Shown in pieces: positions 8,791-17,961 of a DNA stretch of 35,687 nucleotides. The stretch is from an uncultured Chlorobiaceae bacterium. Its GTDB lineage: Bacteria > Bacteroidota > Ignavibacteria > UBA10030 > SZUA-254. The stretch lies in assembly GCA_964354485.1 (NCBI GenBank), contig CAYGZY010000060.1, forward strand, positions 1 to 35,687. Direction: 5' to 3'. Both the position numbers and the translations under genes were made by a program. A model generated the notes under the pieces. That model made no database searches. It was not told the origin of the DNA and worked only from the letters and a program-made list of their open reading frames with translations. How positions within the stretch are numbered: the stretch's first letter is position 1; every line of letters begins with the position of its first letter.

Positions 8791-9459
8791 ATGATTCCCC
8801 TTCGTGATACAAATCCGTCCCGTACTTTCCCTGTCGTAACATATTGCCTCATGGCGATAAACGTTATCGTTTTTCTGATTGAAATATTGCACGGTCGGGG
8901 AATGGGTGAGGTCATTATGAGATATGGCCTGATTCCATACTCAATAACTTATGATTTTAAGGTCATGGAGGTCGGAGCGGCAACATTCTTACCGCTGCTG
9001 ACATCAATGTTCCTGCATGGAGGATGGCTGCACCTCATCGGGAATATGCTGTTTCTTTATATATTCGGTGATAACGTTGAAGACCGGTTCGGGCACGTCA
9101 GGTATTTCTTTTTCTATATTATAGCCGGTGTGGCGGCAGCGCTCACTCAGGTTTTTATGTTTCCTGAGTCCGAGCTTCCGATGGTTGGCGCAAGCGGTGC
9201 AATTGCCGGTGTGCTCGGAGCATATGTATTCATGTTCCCCAAGGCGAGAATTATGACGTTAATTCCCATCATTTTCTATTTCGAGATTGTTGAAATACCT
9301 GCATTTTTATTTCTCGGGATCTGGTTTCTCATGCAGATATTCAGCGGGGTCTTTTCACTCGGTATCGGTGCAGACGCGGGTGGTGTTGCATGGTGGGCGC
9401 ATATCGGCGGATTCCTGGCAGGTGTTCTTCTCTTCTCACTTTTAAGGAAATCGCGGTGA
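8791..9459 (+). CDS. Rhomboid family intramembrane serine protease
   Basis: Six or seven hydrophobic spans. Motifs HGGWLHLIGNMLFLYIFG, catalytic GASGAIAGVLGAY, and WWAHIGGFLAG (catalytic His). Confidence 0.9.
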   Translation: MIPLRDTNPSRTFPVVTYCLMAINVIVFLIEILHGRGMGEVIMRYGLIPYSITYDFKVMEVGAATFLPLLTSMFLHGGWLHLIGNMLFLYIFGDNVEDRFGHVRYFFFYIIAGVAAALTQVFMFPESELPMVGASGAIAGVLGAYVFMFPKARIMTLIPIIFYFEIVEIPAFLFLGIWFLMQIFSGVFSLGIGADAGGVAWWAHIGGFLAGVLLFSLLRKSR

Positions 9460-10742
9460 CCTCTCAGAAATCTCTGCGGCAGCATCTCGAGGATATTGCT
9501 CAGAAGTGCCTCCATTGCGGCCTCTGCTTGCCGACATGCCCCACCTATTCGATAACACAGAATGAACAATCCTCACCGCGCGGCAGAATTCATCTCATCC
9601 ATGCGGTCCACCGCGGGGAACTGAATCTTACACGAAATTTTGTTGATGAAATGTATTTTTGCCTCGATTGCCAGGCGTGTGAAACAGCTTGTCCGGCCGG
9701 CGTGCGTTACGGTGAACTTGTCGAGGAAACCAGAAATCAGATACGTGAAGAGAAGAGTGACACGCTAGGTTTCCGCATTCTGAAAAGCATATTTCTCAAA
9801 AATATCCTCCCGTCAAAATCCCGTATAAAATATGCAGCCCGTCTGATGAGATTGTACGAGAAGAGCGGTCTGCGCGACGCTGTTGAGCAATCAGAAGTTC
9901 TCAAGCTTTTTTCACCTTCTCTCCATGAGAAGCATATGCTCATACCCCGGATCGACGGGAAATTTTTCGATGACATGTATCCGGAAAAGGTAAATTCGCC
10001 GGATCAGGTAAGGGGTCGTGTCGCATTCCTTACAGGCTGCATCATGAATGTATCGTTCTCAGATATCCACTCGGATGCTCTTGAGGTTCTCCTTTACAAC
10101 GGTTTCGAGGTTGTTATTCCGAGATCTCAGGTCTGCTGCGGATCACTGCATGCTCATAATGGCGAACTTGAGGATGCAAAGGATCTTGCGAGAAAAAATA
10201 TCGATGTATTCGAAAAGTATGAATATGATGCTCTCGTAGTTGATTCGGCAGGTTGCAGTGCATTCATGAAAGAATACGGTAAAGTATTGCAAGATGATCC
10301 GTCATACTGTGAGCGTGCCAAAGCTTTTTCGAAGAAGGTTAAAGAAATTACCGAGTTTCTCGCTGAAGCCGGCTTCAAAACGCCTCTGAAAAGGCTGTCG
10401 GCAAAAGTCACCTACCATGAAGCATGTCATCTCGTGCATACGCAAAAAATAAGCGAGCAACCGAGGAAAGTGATTTCGGCAATTCCGGGAATTGAATTTG
10501 TAGAAATGAACGAATCGACGTGGTGCTGTGGAAGCGCCGGAATTTATAACATCGTCAGGTATGAAGATTCTATGAAAATCCTAGACCGTAAACTGGAAAA
10601 TATTCAAGGAACAACGGCTGATATTGTCGTTACATCAAATCCGGGTTGTCACCTCCAGATCCTCTATGGTATAAAAAAACATGGACTTAAGATGGAAGTG
10701 CTTCACCCCGTAAGTTTATTAGCGCGTGCATATCGGTCATAG
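9456..10742 (+). CDS. glcF: (Fe-S)-binding oxidoreductase subunit, GlcF family (two 4Fe-4S motifs plus CCG domains)
   Basis: CLHCGLCLPTCPTY and CLDCQACETACPAG, with C-terminal cysteine-rich CCG-type repeats (CCGSLHAH, WCCGSAG). I prefer the GTG at 9456: it forms a GTGA overlap with the rhomboid stop and AAGGA lies 7 nt upstream. The track start at 9390 would overlap the rhomboid gene by 70 nt. Confidence 0.8.
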   Translation: MTSQKSLRQHLEDIAQKCLHCGLCLPTCPTYSITQNEQSSPRGRIHLIHAVHRGELNLTRNFVDEMYFCLDCQACETACPAGVRYGELVEETRNQIREEKSDTLGFRILKSIFLKNILPSKSRIKYAARLMRLYEKSGLRDAVEQSEVLKLFSPSLHEKHMLIPRIDGKFFDDMYPEKVNSPDQVRGRVAFLTGCIMNVSFSDIHSDALEVLLYNGFEVVIPRSQVCCGSLHAHNGELEDAKDLARKNIDVFEKYEYDALVVDSAGCSAFMKEYGKVLQDDPSYCERAKAFSKKVKEITEFLAEAGFKTPLKRLSAKVTYHEACHLVHTQKISEQPRKVISAIPGIEFVEMNESTWCCGSAGIYNIVRYEDSMKILDRKLENIQGTTADIVVTSNPGCHLQILYGIKKHGLKMEVLHPVSLLARAYRS

Positions 10743-10748
10743 CATACC

Positions 10749-10777
10749 TTGACAATCATTCCAATTTGCGGTATAAT
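10749..10777 (+). promoter_or_regulatory. Sigma-70-type promoter, perfect consensus
   Basis: TTGACA (10749-10754), a 17-nt spacer, then TATAAT (10772-10777). It sits 34 nt upstream of the ATG at 10812, directly after the glcF stop. Confidence 0.55.
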
Positions 10778-10811
10778 CAGATGTCGTTTAATAAAAAATG
10801 AGGGGTGAAAG

Positions 10812-12317
10812 ATGAAAAAATATTTCTTCTTCATTGTGGTCACTATCATCGGATGCGGCTTTTGCTCTGAGATGTTATCGCAGGAGAGTCTGCGCACACA
10901 GCTGTTCGGCGAGCTCGACAAGCTCATGGAGAGAGCGAAAGATAAGAAAGCCGACATTTATTCGCCGGTGAATTTTGAAAAGGGGATGAGTTATCAAAGA
11001 GAAGCTGAGGATTACTTCAAGCGCGGTAAAAATCTCGAGGATATCCGCGATAAAATTGAAGATGCAAAAGTGTATTTCGCAAAGGCGATAGACGGATGTA
11101 CGATCGGAGAAGTTGCATTCAGCGCAGTAATGGCGGCTCGTGCGGATGCTATCAGCGCCGGCGCTCCGGCTTACTCACCAAGATTATGGAAAGAAGCGGA
11201 GGAAAAACTTCAGAGTGCGAGTCGGGATCTTGAGAGTGGTGATTTGGGGGATGCCAAAGAAGGAGCCGGTGTTGCGGAACAAATATTTCGTTCGGGGGAG
11301 CTCGATGCCATTAAGACAAATTTCCTGAGTCCGGCCCGTGAATTACTCAGGAAAGCTGATGAGATGGATGTCAGCGATAACGTACGGAAGACGATTGAAA
11401 CTGCTCACCGACTCGCAATTCAAGTCGAAAATCTCCTCAAGCAGAACCGTTACGACACCGACGAAGCCCGACAGCTGGCGCAGGAGGCGAAGTATGAAGC
11501 TGCGCATGCAATCTACCTGCATGAATACATAGAAAATATTAAGAAAGAAGAGCTGACATGGGAAGACGTCATCCTCACGAATGAAAGTCAATTTAAGAGA
11601 ATCGCCGCCAGTCTCGATACCGTCGTCCGGTTTGATAACGGAATCGATGTGGCAGTCGCAGAAATCGTCAAAACGATGAAAATCCGAGAAGCCCAGACCG
11701 TGCGGTACGCGGATTCGCTGAGGATGATGGAAGGAATCGTAAATCAGAAAAATGCCGAGGTGGCTAACATCAAGCAACAAGTTGATCTTATGCAGGCGAG
11801 ACTCGGTACTCTCAACGAAGCTGAACGTAAACTTCAGGATGAAGGGAAACAACTTCAGCATAAAGTCGAAAAGAAATCTGAACAAGAGCAAACGATAAGA
11901 CGTGTAACCGGAATGTTCACGGAAGAGGAAGGCGATGTCGTACGTTACGGTGATGAGGTCATCATACGGTTGTACGCCCTGACATTTCCGGTAGGGAAAG
12001 ACATCATCGAGCCGCAGTTCTACCCACTTTTGAAAAAAGTTCAGGATGTAATTAAAAAATTTCCGAATTGCTCTGTCAGGATCGAAGGTCATACCGACTC
12101 CCAGGGCAGCGATGATACAAATCAGACTCTCTCAGAGCGTAGGGCAAAATCTGTTGCAGAGTACCTCATGGCAAACATGGGTGTGGAAATTCCGGTCAAC
12201 CATCAGGGATTCGGAGAGAGCAGGCCTATAGTCAGCAACGATACGCCGGAAGGACGCGCGAAGAACAGACGCATCGATGTTGTTTTTATCCCTGAGTGGG
12301 CAGGCAAAGAAAAATAA
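10812..12317 (+). CDS. OmpA-family lipoprotein with a long N-terminal helical / coiled-coil region (DUF4398-like repeats)
   Basis: Lipobox TIIGC. Two helical repeats of the form YSP..(F/W).....(A/L), then an E/K/Q-rich coiled coil. C-terminal OmpA_C domain RIEGHTDSQGSDDTNQTLSERRAKSVAEYL...NRRIDVVF. Confidence 0.85.
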   Translation: MKKYFFFIVVTIIGCGFCSEMLSQESLRTQLFGELDKLMERAKDKKADIYSPVNFEKGMSYQREAEDYFKRGKNLEDIRDKIEDAKVYFAKAIDGCTIGEVAFSAVMAARADAISAGAPAYSPRLWKEAEEKLQSASRDLESGDLGDAKEGAGVAEQIFRSGELDAIKTNFLSPARELLRKADEMDVSDNVRKTIETAHRLAIQVENLLKQNRYDTDEARQLAQEAKYEAAHAIYLHEYIENIKKEELTWEDVILTNESQFKRIAASLDTVVRFDNGIDVAVAEIVKTMKIREAQTVRYADSLRMMEGIVNQKNAEVANIKQQVDLMQARLGTLNEAERKLQDEGKQLQHKVEKKSEQEQTIRRVTGMFTEEEGDVVRYGDEVIIRLYALTFPVGKDIIEPQFYPLLKKVQDVIKKFPNCSVRIEGHTDSQGSDDTNQTLSERRAKSVAEYLMANMGVEIPVNHQGFGESRPIVSNDTPEGRAKNRRIDVVFIPEWAGKEK

Positions 12318-12395
12318 TCCCCACGGATTTTGGATATGAAATTCCATCAGAAAAGAGTATATTAATTGACTGGTAAATACATTGTGAAAGAGTAA

Positions 12396-13994
12396 ATGGA
12401 ACCGAGGGAAGTACTGACGAAATTAAATTTTGGAAGAGTTGATGCCGAGTCCGATACACGGTTTGAATACTGCTTCATCGGAACTGACATGCTCCGTCAC
12501 GTTTTGACACCGCAGCACTCGCTCGTCCTCGGTAGCAAGGGGTCGGGAAAGAGCGCCGTGTTTCGTCTGCTCTGTACCGATAAGGAGCACCTTAAACCGC
12601 TTATGCCGAAGGGGTACGAAGAAATTTTTCCAATACCCGTTTACGGTTTGTACAACGAGGAATATATCTACGGTACTGAGCTGAGGGAGATGAAAACCGG
12701 ATCGATAGACGATTTTCGGTACTTCTGGCTGTTGATTGTCGGATTGAAGACCGTTTCTTTTTTATCCCAGGATGAAAAAATCCGATCGCTCGTCAATAAA
12801 AGCAAAGACAACGAATTGAAAAATGCCTATAAGGTCATTTGTCAGGTCGTCGATGACCTCGGAATCGAACAGGAGCGGACGACAATCGGCAAGTTAAAAC
12901 AGCGCATAAGTCAACTCGTGAAACCTTCTTCCCGTGACGCAGCGGCAACCGGTGAGTCCGTGTCCAAACTGCTCGAGGGAGATTTCCGGCACAAAACAGG
13001 TATGAGTGTCACGGCGATGCTCGATAAAATTGATATTATTCTCCGGGAGACAAACACGCTCGCATGGCTGATGCTGGATAAACTTGATCTCATGTTCATC
13101 GATGATTTCGAAAAGCTGAAGGCATCGATCACAGGGCTTGTCCAGCTCCTCATTGAACAGAGCAACCGGTTTAAAAACATTCATTTTAAGATATTTCTCC
13201 GATCAGATATCTACCGCCAGCTGCGTATTGTTAATAAATCTCATCTTATAAGTTACACAACGGAAATGAAGTGGAACGATTCGCTTCTCCTTAAACTGCT
13301 TGTCTCACGGGCGGTCGCGGAACCTGTCGTCCAGAAGTACTGTGAGGAACTTGTAGGCGAGGAAGTGAAGGTTTCCGATGTGATAAACGGTGATGATGAG
13401 GATGTGTTGAAATTGTTCTATGCCATTTTTGAATCGACAATGGCGGGAAACGATGATACTGAATATGATATTCCCTTCCTGCACACATGGATGCTCCGCA
13501 ATCTGACCGATGGCATGGATAATGTATATCCGCGCGAACAGATTCACCTGGGTAATCTTGCCGCGGAAAAACAGATAGAAATTAACCGTAAAGAGGGAGA
13601 GCATGCCTCCAAACGGCTGATAAGCTCAAAAGCCCTCCGGGAAGCATTTGCAATGCTGTCGATCTATCGCTGTGATACTTATCTTTATTCAGAATTTCCG
13701 CACCTCACAAAGCACTTCGATGTTTTTCGCGGGATTGAAAAAACACGTTTCACACGCGATGAGCTTTATGGATTATTTGAAAAATTAACGCCAAATAGCG
13801 ATGAAGGTATCCGGGCAGTGTTTGATACCGGACTGCTGAAGCCGATGGGCCGGTCCGTCGACTCGAGTATGGAATTCAAAATCCCGCTCCTCTACCGAAT
13901 CGGTCTCGGCATCACACAATGGGAAGATACCTCAGGATCAGACAGCGGCGGACATCTCGCTTACGGAGACAGCAAGACATACGATCCGGATTAA
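12396..13994 (+). CDS. Standalone P-loop NTPase of unassigned family (KAP / Sll1717 / STAND-like organisation) with a large C-terminal helical region
   Basis: Walker A GSKGSGKS (nt 12531-12554). Walker B-like AWLMLDKLD (nt 13065-13088), followed by KIFLRSDIY. No signal peptide or TM segment. I recognise no partner effector domain. Confidence 0.55.
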   Translation: MEPREVLTKLNFGRVDAESDTRFEYCFIGTDMLRHVLTPQHSLVLGSKGSGKSAVFRLLCTDKEHLKPLMPKGYEEIFPIPVYGLYNEEYIYGTELREMKTGSIDDFRYFWLLIVGLKTVSFLSQDEKIRSLVNKSKDNELKNAYKVICQVVDDLGIEQERTTIGKLKQRISQLVKPSSRDAAATGESVSKLLEGDFRHKTGMSVTAMLDKIDIILRETNTLAWLMLDKLDLMFIDDFEKLKASITGLVQLLIEQSNRFKNIHFKIFLRSDIYRQLRIVNKSHLISYTTEMKWNDSLLLKLLVSRAVAEPVVQKYCEELVGEEVKVSDVINGDDEDVLKLFYAIFESTMAGNDDTEYDIPFLHTWMLRNLTDGMDNVYPREQIHLGNLAAEKQIEINRKEGEHASKRLISSKALREAFAMLSIYRCDTYLYSEFPHLTKHFDVFRGIEKTRFTRDELYGLFEKLTPNSDEGIRAVFDTGLLKPMGRSVDSSMEFKIPLLYRIGLGITQWEDTSGSDSGGHLAYGDSKTYDPD

Positions 13995-14009
13995 CTACAG
14001 GAGGGCGTT

Positions 14010-15437
14010 GTGAATCGCCTGCTCCTTTCTCTTTTTCATGAAAATACTACTCGCAGGGATTTCTTTTTTCTAGTCGTGGCTGTTATAATATCCCGCGTTC
14101 CATTTTTATCTCTCGGTTACGGGTCGGATGGTGATGCCTGGCGATCAGCCTGGAGTGCCCGAACATTGTGGTCAGAAGGGAACTACCACCCATCGAGGTT
14201 TCCCGGATTTCCACTCTTTGAAATATTGAATACACCACTGGTAGGAAGCGGAGGCGCGTTCCTCTCAAATAGTTTTACGCTGTTACTATTCCTCTTGGGT
14301 CTTGTCGTCTTTGCACGCCTACTCGCTCTCCTTGAGGTCCGCTCTGCACGATCAGCGCTCTGGACTTTTGCTTTTTTACCCCTTCTCTGGAAGAATTCTG
14401 CTGTAACGCATGATTATATTTGGGGACTCCTTTTTATTTTGACGAGTTTATTTTTTCTTTTGAAAAATAAGGTGATAATATCAGGGATCTTCTTCGGACT
14501 TGCTGTCGGGGTACGCCTGACGCATTTTATTATTTTAATCCCGATCGTGTACTATCTTTTTTCTATAGGGGACAGGAAAGGTCTTTTACCGTTTGTCCTC
14601 TCCCTCTGCGGAGTGTCGTTTCTCTGCTACCTTCCAGTCTTCCTTAGACCGGAGTTTGCGCATGAGGCGAATAATTACGCGTTTACTGTACAGCGATTTT
14701 CACCGACCGAAATTATAACCTTCTTCGGTTACCGCTCGGTTTATTCGATTGGGTTACTCGGTGTACTGTCGATCCTGGTCGCTCTTCTTTTTAACCGGAA
14801 ACGGGTGTGTAAAATATTTCGATCAGAAATAAAAGTTAGGTTCGTACTCATGGGTATAATGAGCATGCTCCTTCTATTTTTGTTTTCTCCTGATGAGAGA
14901 GAATATCTTATACCACTCATACCATTTCTTCTTATTTATTTATCGTTAGTCTTTCCCGTCCGGTATAGCATGCTCATATATATCTGTTTAGTTAGTTATT
15001 CATTTATTAATATCGACATTATCGAACATGATTTCCGCAACCAGCGTATCGCCCCACGCATTACCAACGGATTTGTTATCGATGATTACCTGAAAAGAAT
15101 AAAAGTACTCAAGATGCGGGAAGAGATAGCACGTTATCCATTTCCGGATTCATCTATCGTTTTAACAGGAATGGGTCCTATACTGTGGTTTGAAAACGAC
15201 AGTTTAGAGTATGTGAGGGATGGTTATAGTAGATTTGGAACCTCGGAAGCTGCAGTCTTTCAGAGCAGAAAAGAGCAGTACATCGTATATGAATTATCCG
15301 AGGAGCACCGCCGACAATTACAGGAGGGGGGTTATAGAATATTTTACATCAGGAGAATGAAGTCCTACATCGAATCGTTTATGCATTTAAATCTTGATAC
15401 TTCTGCCTTCACACCGGTCGAAATTACCGTTCCTTAA
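14010..15437 (+). CDS. Polytopic membrane protein, GT-C-fold glycosyltransferase-like (ArnT/PMT, GT39/GT83-like), with a C-terminal soluble domain
   Basis: About 10 hydrophobic spans. Acidic motif GYGSDGDAW lies immediately after the first span, where GT-C enzymes carry their DxD/ExD motif. A C-terminal soluble tail of roughly 130 aa. GTG start preceded by AGGAGG (13999-14004), 15 nt after the NTPase stop. Confidence 0.45.
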   Translation: MNRLLLSLFHENTTRRDFFFLVVAVIISRVPFLSLGYGSDGDAWRSAWSARTLWSEGNYHPSRFPGFPLFEILNTPLVGSGGAFLSNSFTLLLFLLGLVVFARLLALLEVRSARSALWTFAFLPLLWKNSAVTHDYIWGLLFILTSLFFLLKNKVIISGIFFGLAVGVRLTHFIILIPIVYYLFSIGDRKGLLPFVLSLCGVSFLCYLPVFLRPEFAHEANNYAFTVQRFSPTEIITFFGYRSVYSIGLLGVLSILVALLFNRKRVCKIFRSEIKVRFVLMGIMSMLLLFLFSPDEREYLIPLIPFLLIYLSLVFPVRYSMLIYICLVSYSFINIDIIEHDFRNQRIAPRITNGFVIDDYLKRIKVLKMREEIARYPFPDSSIVLTGMGPILWFENDSLEYVRDGYSRFGTSEAAVFQSRKEQYIVYELSEEHRRQLQEGGYRIFYIRRMKSYIESFMHLNLDTSAFTPVEITVP

Positions 15438-15472
15438 TTGCATATCATGCCCACTCATCGTATCTTCCTACT

Positions 15473-16639
15473 ATGGAACATGTCATTATTGTCCATCATC
15501 ACGAAATTGTTCTCAAGGGAGATAACCGTAATTTTTTTGAAAAACAGCTCCGGAAAAACATCCGGCACGTGCTCGGCGATCTCATTCCGCATGAAGCTAT
15601 ATCGGGCGGGTACGGCAAGTTTGTTATCAGATTGAACGAAGAAAATCTCACCAGTGAAATTATCCTCCGGCTTGGATATATCTTCGGATTGGCAAATATC
15701 TGCATAGGACTGAAAGTCAAACAGGATCTCCAGACTTTCTGTACCGCCGCAGAACGCTTGCTGGATGGGATTGATTTTAAAACAATCAGGGTCCATACAA
15801 AAAGGCCGGACAAATCATTTCCATTGAAATCTGTAGAAGTAAATACTGCGGTTGGAGCTCACATCTGTTCTCATTTCAATACGGGAGTTGATCTCTCGGC
15901 GCCTGATGAGACCATCCGTATCGATATTGTCGATGGCGGAGCGTATGTTTACCGGACGAAAATACCGGGAGCAGGAGGATTACCATCAGGTACAGGTGGC
16001 AGGGTGGTGGCTCTTCTCTCATCAGGATTTGATTCTCCCGTGGCATCTTGGAAAATTATGCGGCGGGGGGCCTCGGCTATTTTTATTCATTTCCACAGTA
16101 TGCCGTATACGAGTCAGGCTTCGCTCGATCAGGTACGAAAGCTCGTACGCCTGCTGACGAGGTACCAGTTTTTATCAAAGTTGTACATCGTCCCCTTTGC
16201 TGATTTGCAGAAAGAAATCGTACTTCAGGCGCCGCAGTCGCTCCGTATCATACTCTATCGGCGGATGATGCTGAGGATTGCCGATGCCGTTGCGCATAAA
16301 GAGGAAGCTGAAGCGCTCGTTACCGGTGAAGCTGTTGGTCAGGTTGCTTCACAAACGCTGAGAAATATCCGGAACATCAATTCAGCAACGTCAATCCCGA
16401 TTCTGCGCCCGCTGTCAGGAACTGACAAGGAAGAGACGATGGCAGTCGCACGCACTATAGGCACGTATGAAATATCGAAGGAGCCGTATGACGATTGCTG
16501 TTCGTTTCTTGCCCCGCGAAGACCGGAAACATGGTCGGACTACCGGCAAATTGAAGAGGCCGAATCGAAACTGGATATTCCTGTGCTGATCGATTCCGTT
16601 ATGGCGAAACTGGAGGTTGAACGTTTTAGTTACCCATAA
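15473..16639 (+). CDS. thiI: tRNA uracil 4-sulfurtransferase ThiI (short form, no rhodanese domain)
   Basis: N-terminal ferredoxin-like/THUMP region and the PP-loop motif ALLSSGFDSPVASW. The length (388 aa) fits the form lacking the C-terminal rhodanese domain. Confidence 0.9.
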   Translation: MEHVIIVHHHEIVLKGDNRNFFEKQLRKNIRHVLGDLIPHEAISGGYGKFVIRLNEENLTSEIILRLGYIFGLANICIGLKVKQDLQTFCTAAERLLDGIDFKTIRVHTKRPDKSFPLKSVEVNTAVGAHICSHFNTGVDLSAPDETIRIDIVDGGAYVYRTKIPGAGGLPSGTGGRVVALLSSGFDSPVASWKIMRRGASAIFIHFHSMPYTSQASLDQVRKLVRLLTRYQFLSKLYIVPFADLQKEIVLQAPQSLRIILYRRMMLRIADAVAHKEEAEALVTGEAVGQVASQTLRNIRNINSATSIPILRPLSGTDKEETMAVARTIGTYEISKEPYDDCCSFLAPRRPETWSDYRQIEEAESKLDIPVLIDSVMAKLEVERFSYP

Positions 16640-16762
16640 TTGAATAGATTATTGATGGGGGACGATATTCTTCGGAAATGAGATGCCCCGCCTTAATTTT
16701 TGCTTTGTTTTTCCGACGGAAGTTTATTATAATCAATAAATTCAGCACAAAAGGAATAATCC

Positions 16763-16969
16763 ATGGGCACTACAATAACGGTAAAAAACAACGGCAGTAT
16801 TCAAGTCGAAGGTGAATTCGATCTCTGCGATCAAAGCGGAAAAAAATTCGACCTCACCGGGAAGAAAACCACATGGCTTTGCCGCTGCGGTTCAAGTAAA
16901 AATAAACCGTTCTGCGACGGTTCCCACAAAACGGTGGGATTTCAGTCGGAGGTTCGGGCACAAAAGTAA
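16763..16969 (+). CDS. CDGSH iron-sulfur domain-containing protein
   Basis: CRCGSSKNKPFCDGSH matches the CDGSH 2Fe-2S signature. AAGGA lies upstream of the ATG. Confidence 0.85.
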   Translation: MGTTITVKNNGSIQVEGEFDLCDQSGKKFDLTGKKTTWLCRCGSSKNKPFCDGSHKTVGFQSEVRAQK

Positions 16970-17004
16970 GCTGATAGACGGAAACGTATAAAAAAGGAGC
17001 GAAC

Positions 17005-17850
17005 ATGATGAGATACTTTTTAGGATTGGCGGGCATGGCGCTATTCTTCGTCGGAACAATCCTTGCCCAATTTGAAGGCATAATGGATATGAAGGTAACG
17101 GGTGCCGATGTAGGGAAAGACGACAACATTCTCTATACTATGACCATCAAGAAAAATTTAATGGCGACGGAGGTAAAAAATCCTACTGATGCCAACGGAG
17201 CTGGTAAATTTATTTTCCGCGGCGATAAACAGGTAGTCTGGATACTGAACGATAAAGAGAAGTCCTACTTTGAAATCTCACTTAAGGATGAGACCAAATC
17301 CGAGAAACGAAAGAAAGAATCTAAAGCGGAGAAGTTTGCAGCGAAAGTCAAAAAAACGGGAAACAAGGAGACAATCCTCGGTTATCTCTGCGAGGAGATT
17401 ATCATAGAGGGTGAAGATGAGATTACGTATATCTGGGGCACTCAGAAATTGGGCGACCTTTACGGCACGATGATGAAATCGTTCAGCGAGATGGGTATGC
17501 AAGAGGGAGGGGACCGCTCACGCGGGTGGGATGATGAAATTGCAAAACTCGCGATGTTCCCCCTGAAAGTCGTTTCCAAAGAAAACAATAAAGTGGTTTT
17601 AACTCAGGAAGTAACGAATATACAACAGAAGAGTATACCGGAAACGGTGTTCGATGTCCCGAAGGATTATAAAAAACAGTCGTTTGATTTCGACATAAAA
17701 AATATGATGAAGCACATGCAGAAAGAAGGTAAAAAGCATAAGGAAAAAGATAAAGATGATCCCGGTGAAAATATCGACATGGAAAAATTGATGAAGCAGT
17801 TAAAGGACGCGCAAAAAGAAGGAGAAGATACAACTGACGGCGGATACTGA
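17005..17850 (+). CDS. Secreted hypothetical protein, DUF4412-like, with a Lys/Glu/Asp-rich tail
   Basis: Signal peptide ending ILAQ-FEG. Pattern FEGIM..K......Y.M.IKKN.....V and ..ILGYLCEE, reminiscent of DUF4412 proteins. AAGGAG lies 6 nt before the ATG. Confidence 0.45.
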   Translation: MMRYFLGLAGMALFFVGTILAQFEGIMDMKVTGADVGKDDNILYTMTIKKNLMATEVKNPTDANGAGKFIFRGDKQVVWILNDKEKSYFEISLKDETKSEKRKKESKAEKFAAKVKKTGNKETILGYLCEEIIIEGEDEITYIWGTQKLGDLYGTMMKSFSEMGMQEGGDRSRGWDDEIAKLAMFPLKVVSKENNKVVLTQEVTNIQQKSIPETVFDVPKDYKKQSFDFDIKNMMKHMQKEGKKHKEKDKDDPGENIDMEKLMKQLKDAQKEGEDTTDGGY

Positions 17851-17961
17851 GCGCACTAAGAACATCAGAATTACCCTGCACATTGAATATTTTGAATTTT
17901 AAGTAAAGCCGAATCGGAATTCAGGCGGATGACATAATATCATTTCAGGAATAAAATATAG

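Noticed and set aside
9390-9455. Track start at 9390 for the GlcF-like gene.
   Set aside because: It would overlap the rhomboid gene by 70 nt, and the extra 22 residues are Arg/Ser-rich out-of-frame readthrough of rhomboid coding sequence. The GTG at 9456, with an upstream AAGGA and a GTGA stop-start overlap, is a better fit. The end coordinate is unaffected.
11343-12092. A 249-aa ORF on the minus strand. Similar long antisense ORFs occur at 7133-7753, 7564-8097, 3785-4189, 34144-34626 and 21119-21517.
   Set aside because: Each lies entirely inside a plus-strand gene with strong family motifs (OmpA coiled coil, GlcD, LarA, lipoprotein, SBP). The translations are low-complexity or Leu/Phe/Ser/Arg-rich with no recognisable motifs. 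Antisense of GAA/AAG-rich coiled-coil coding DNA is naturally free of stop codons.
12316-12333. Intrinsic terminator after the OmpA-family gene (aatcc-ccac-ggatt followed by ttgg).
   Set aside because: The stem is only 5 bp and AT-rich, with a short, interrupted T-tract. That is too weak to call.
12396-15437. Mobile genomic island or defence island around the orphan NTPase.
   Set aside because: There is no integrase, transposase, tRNA attachment site or flanking direct repeats, and no obvious compositional break by eye. The pair is kept as a low-confidence functional candidate only.
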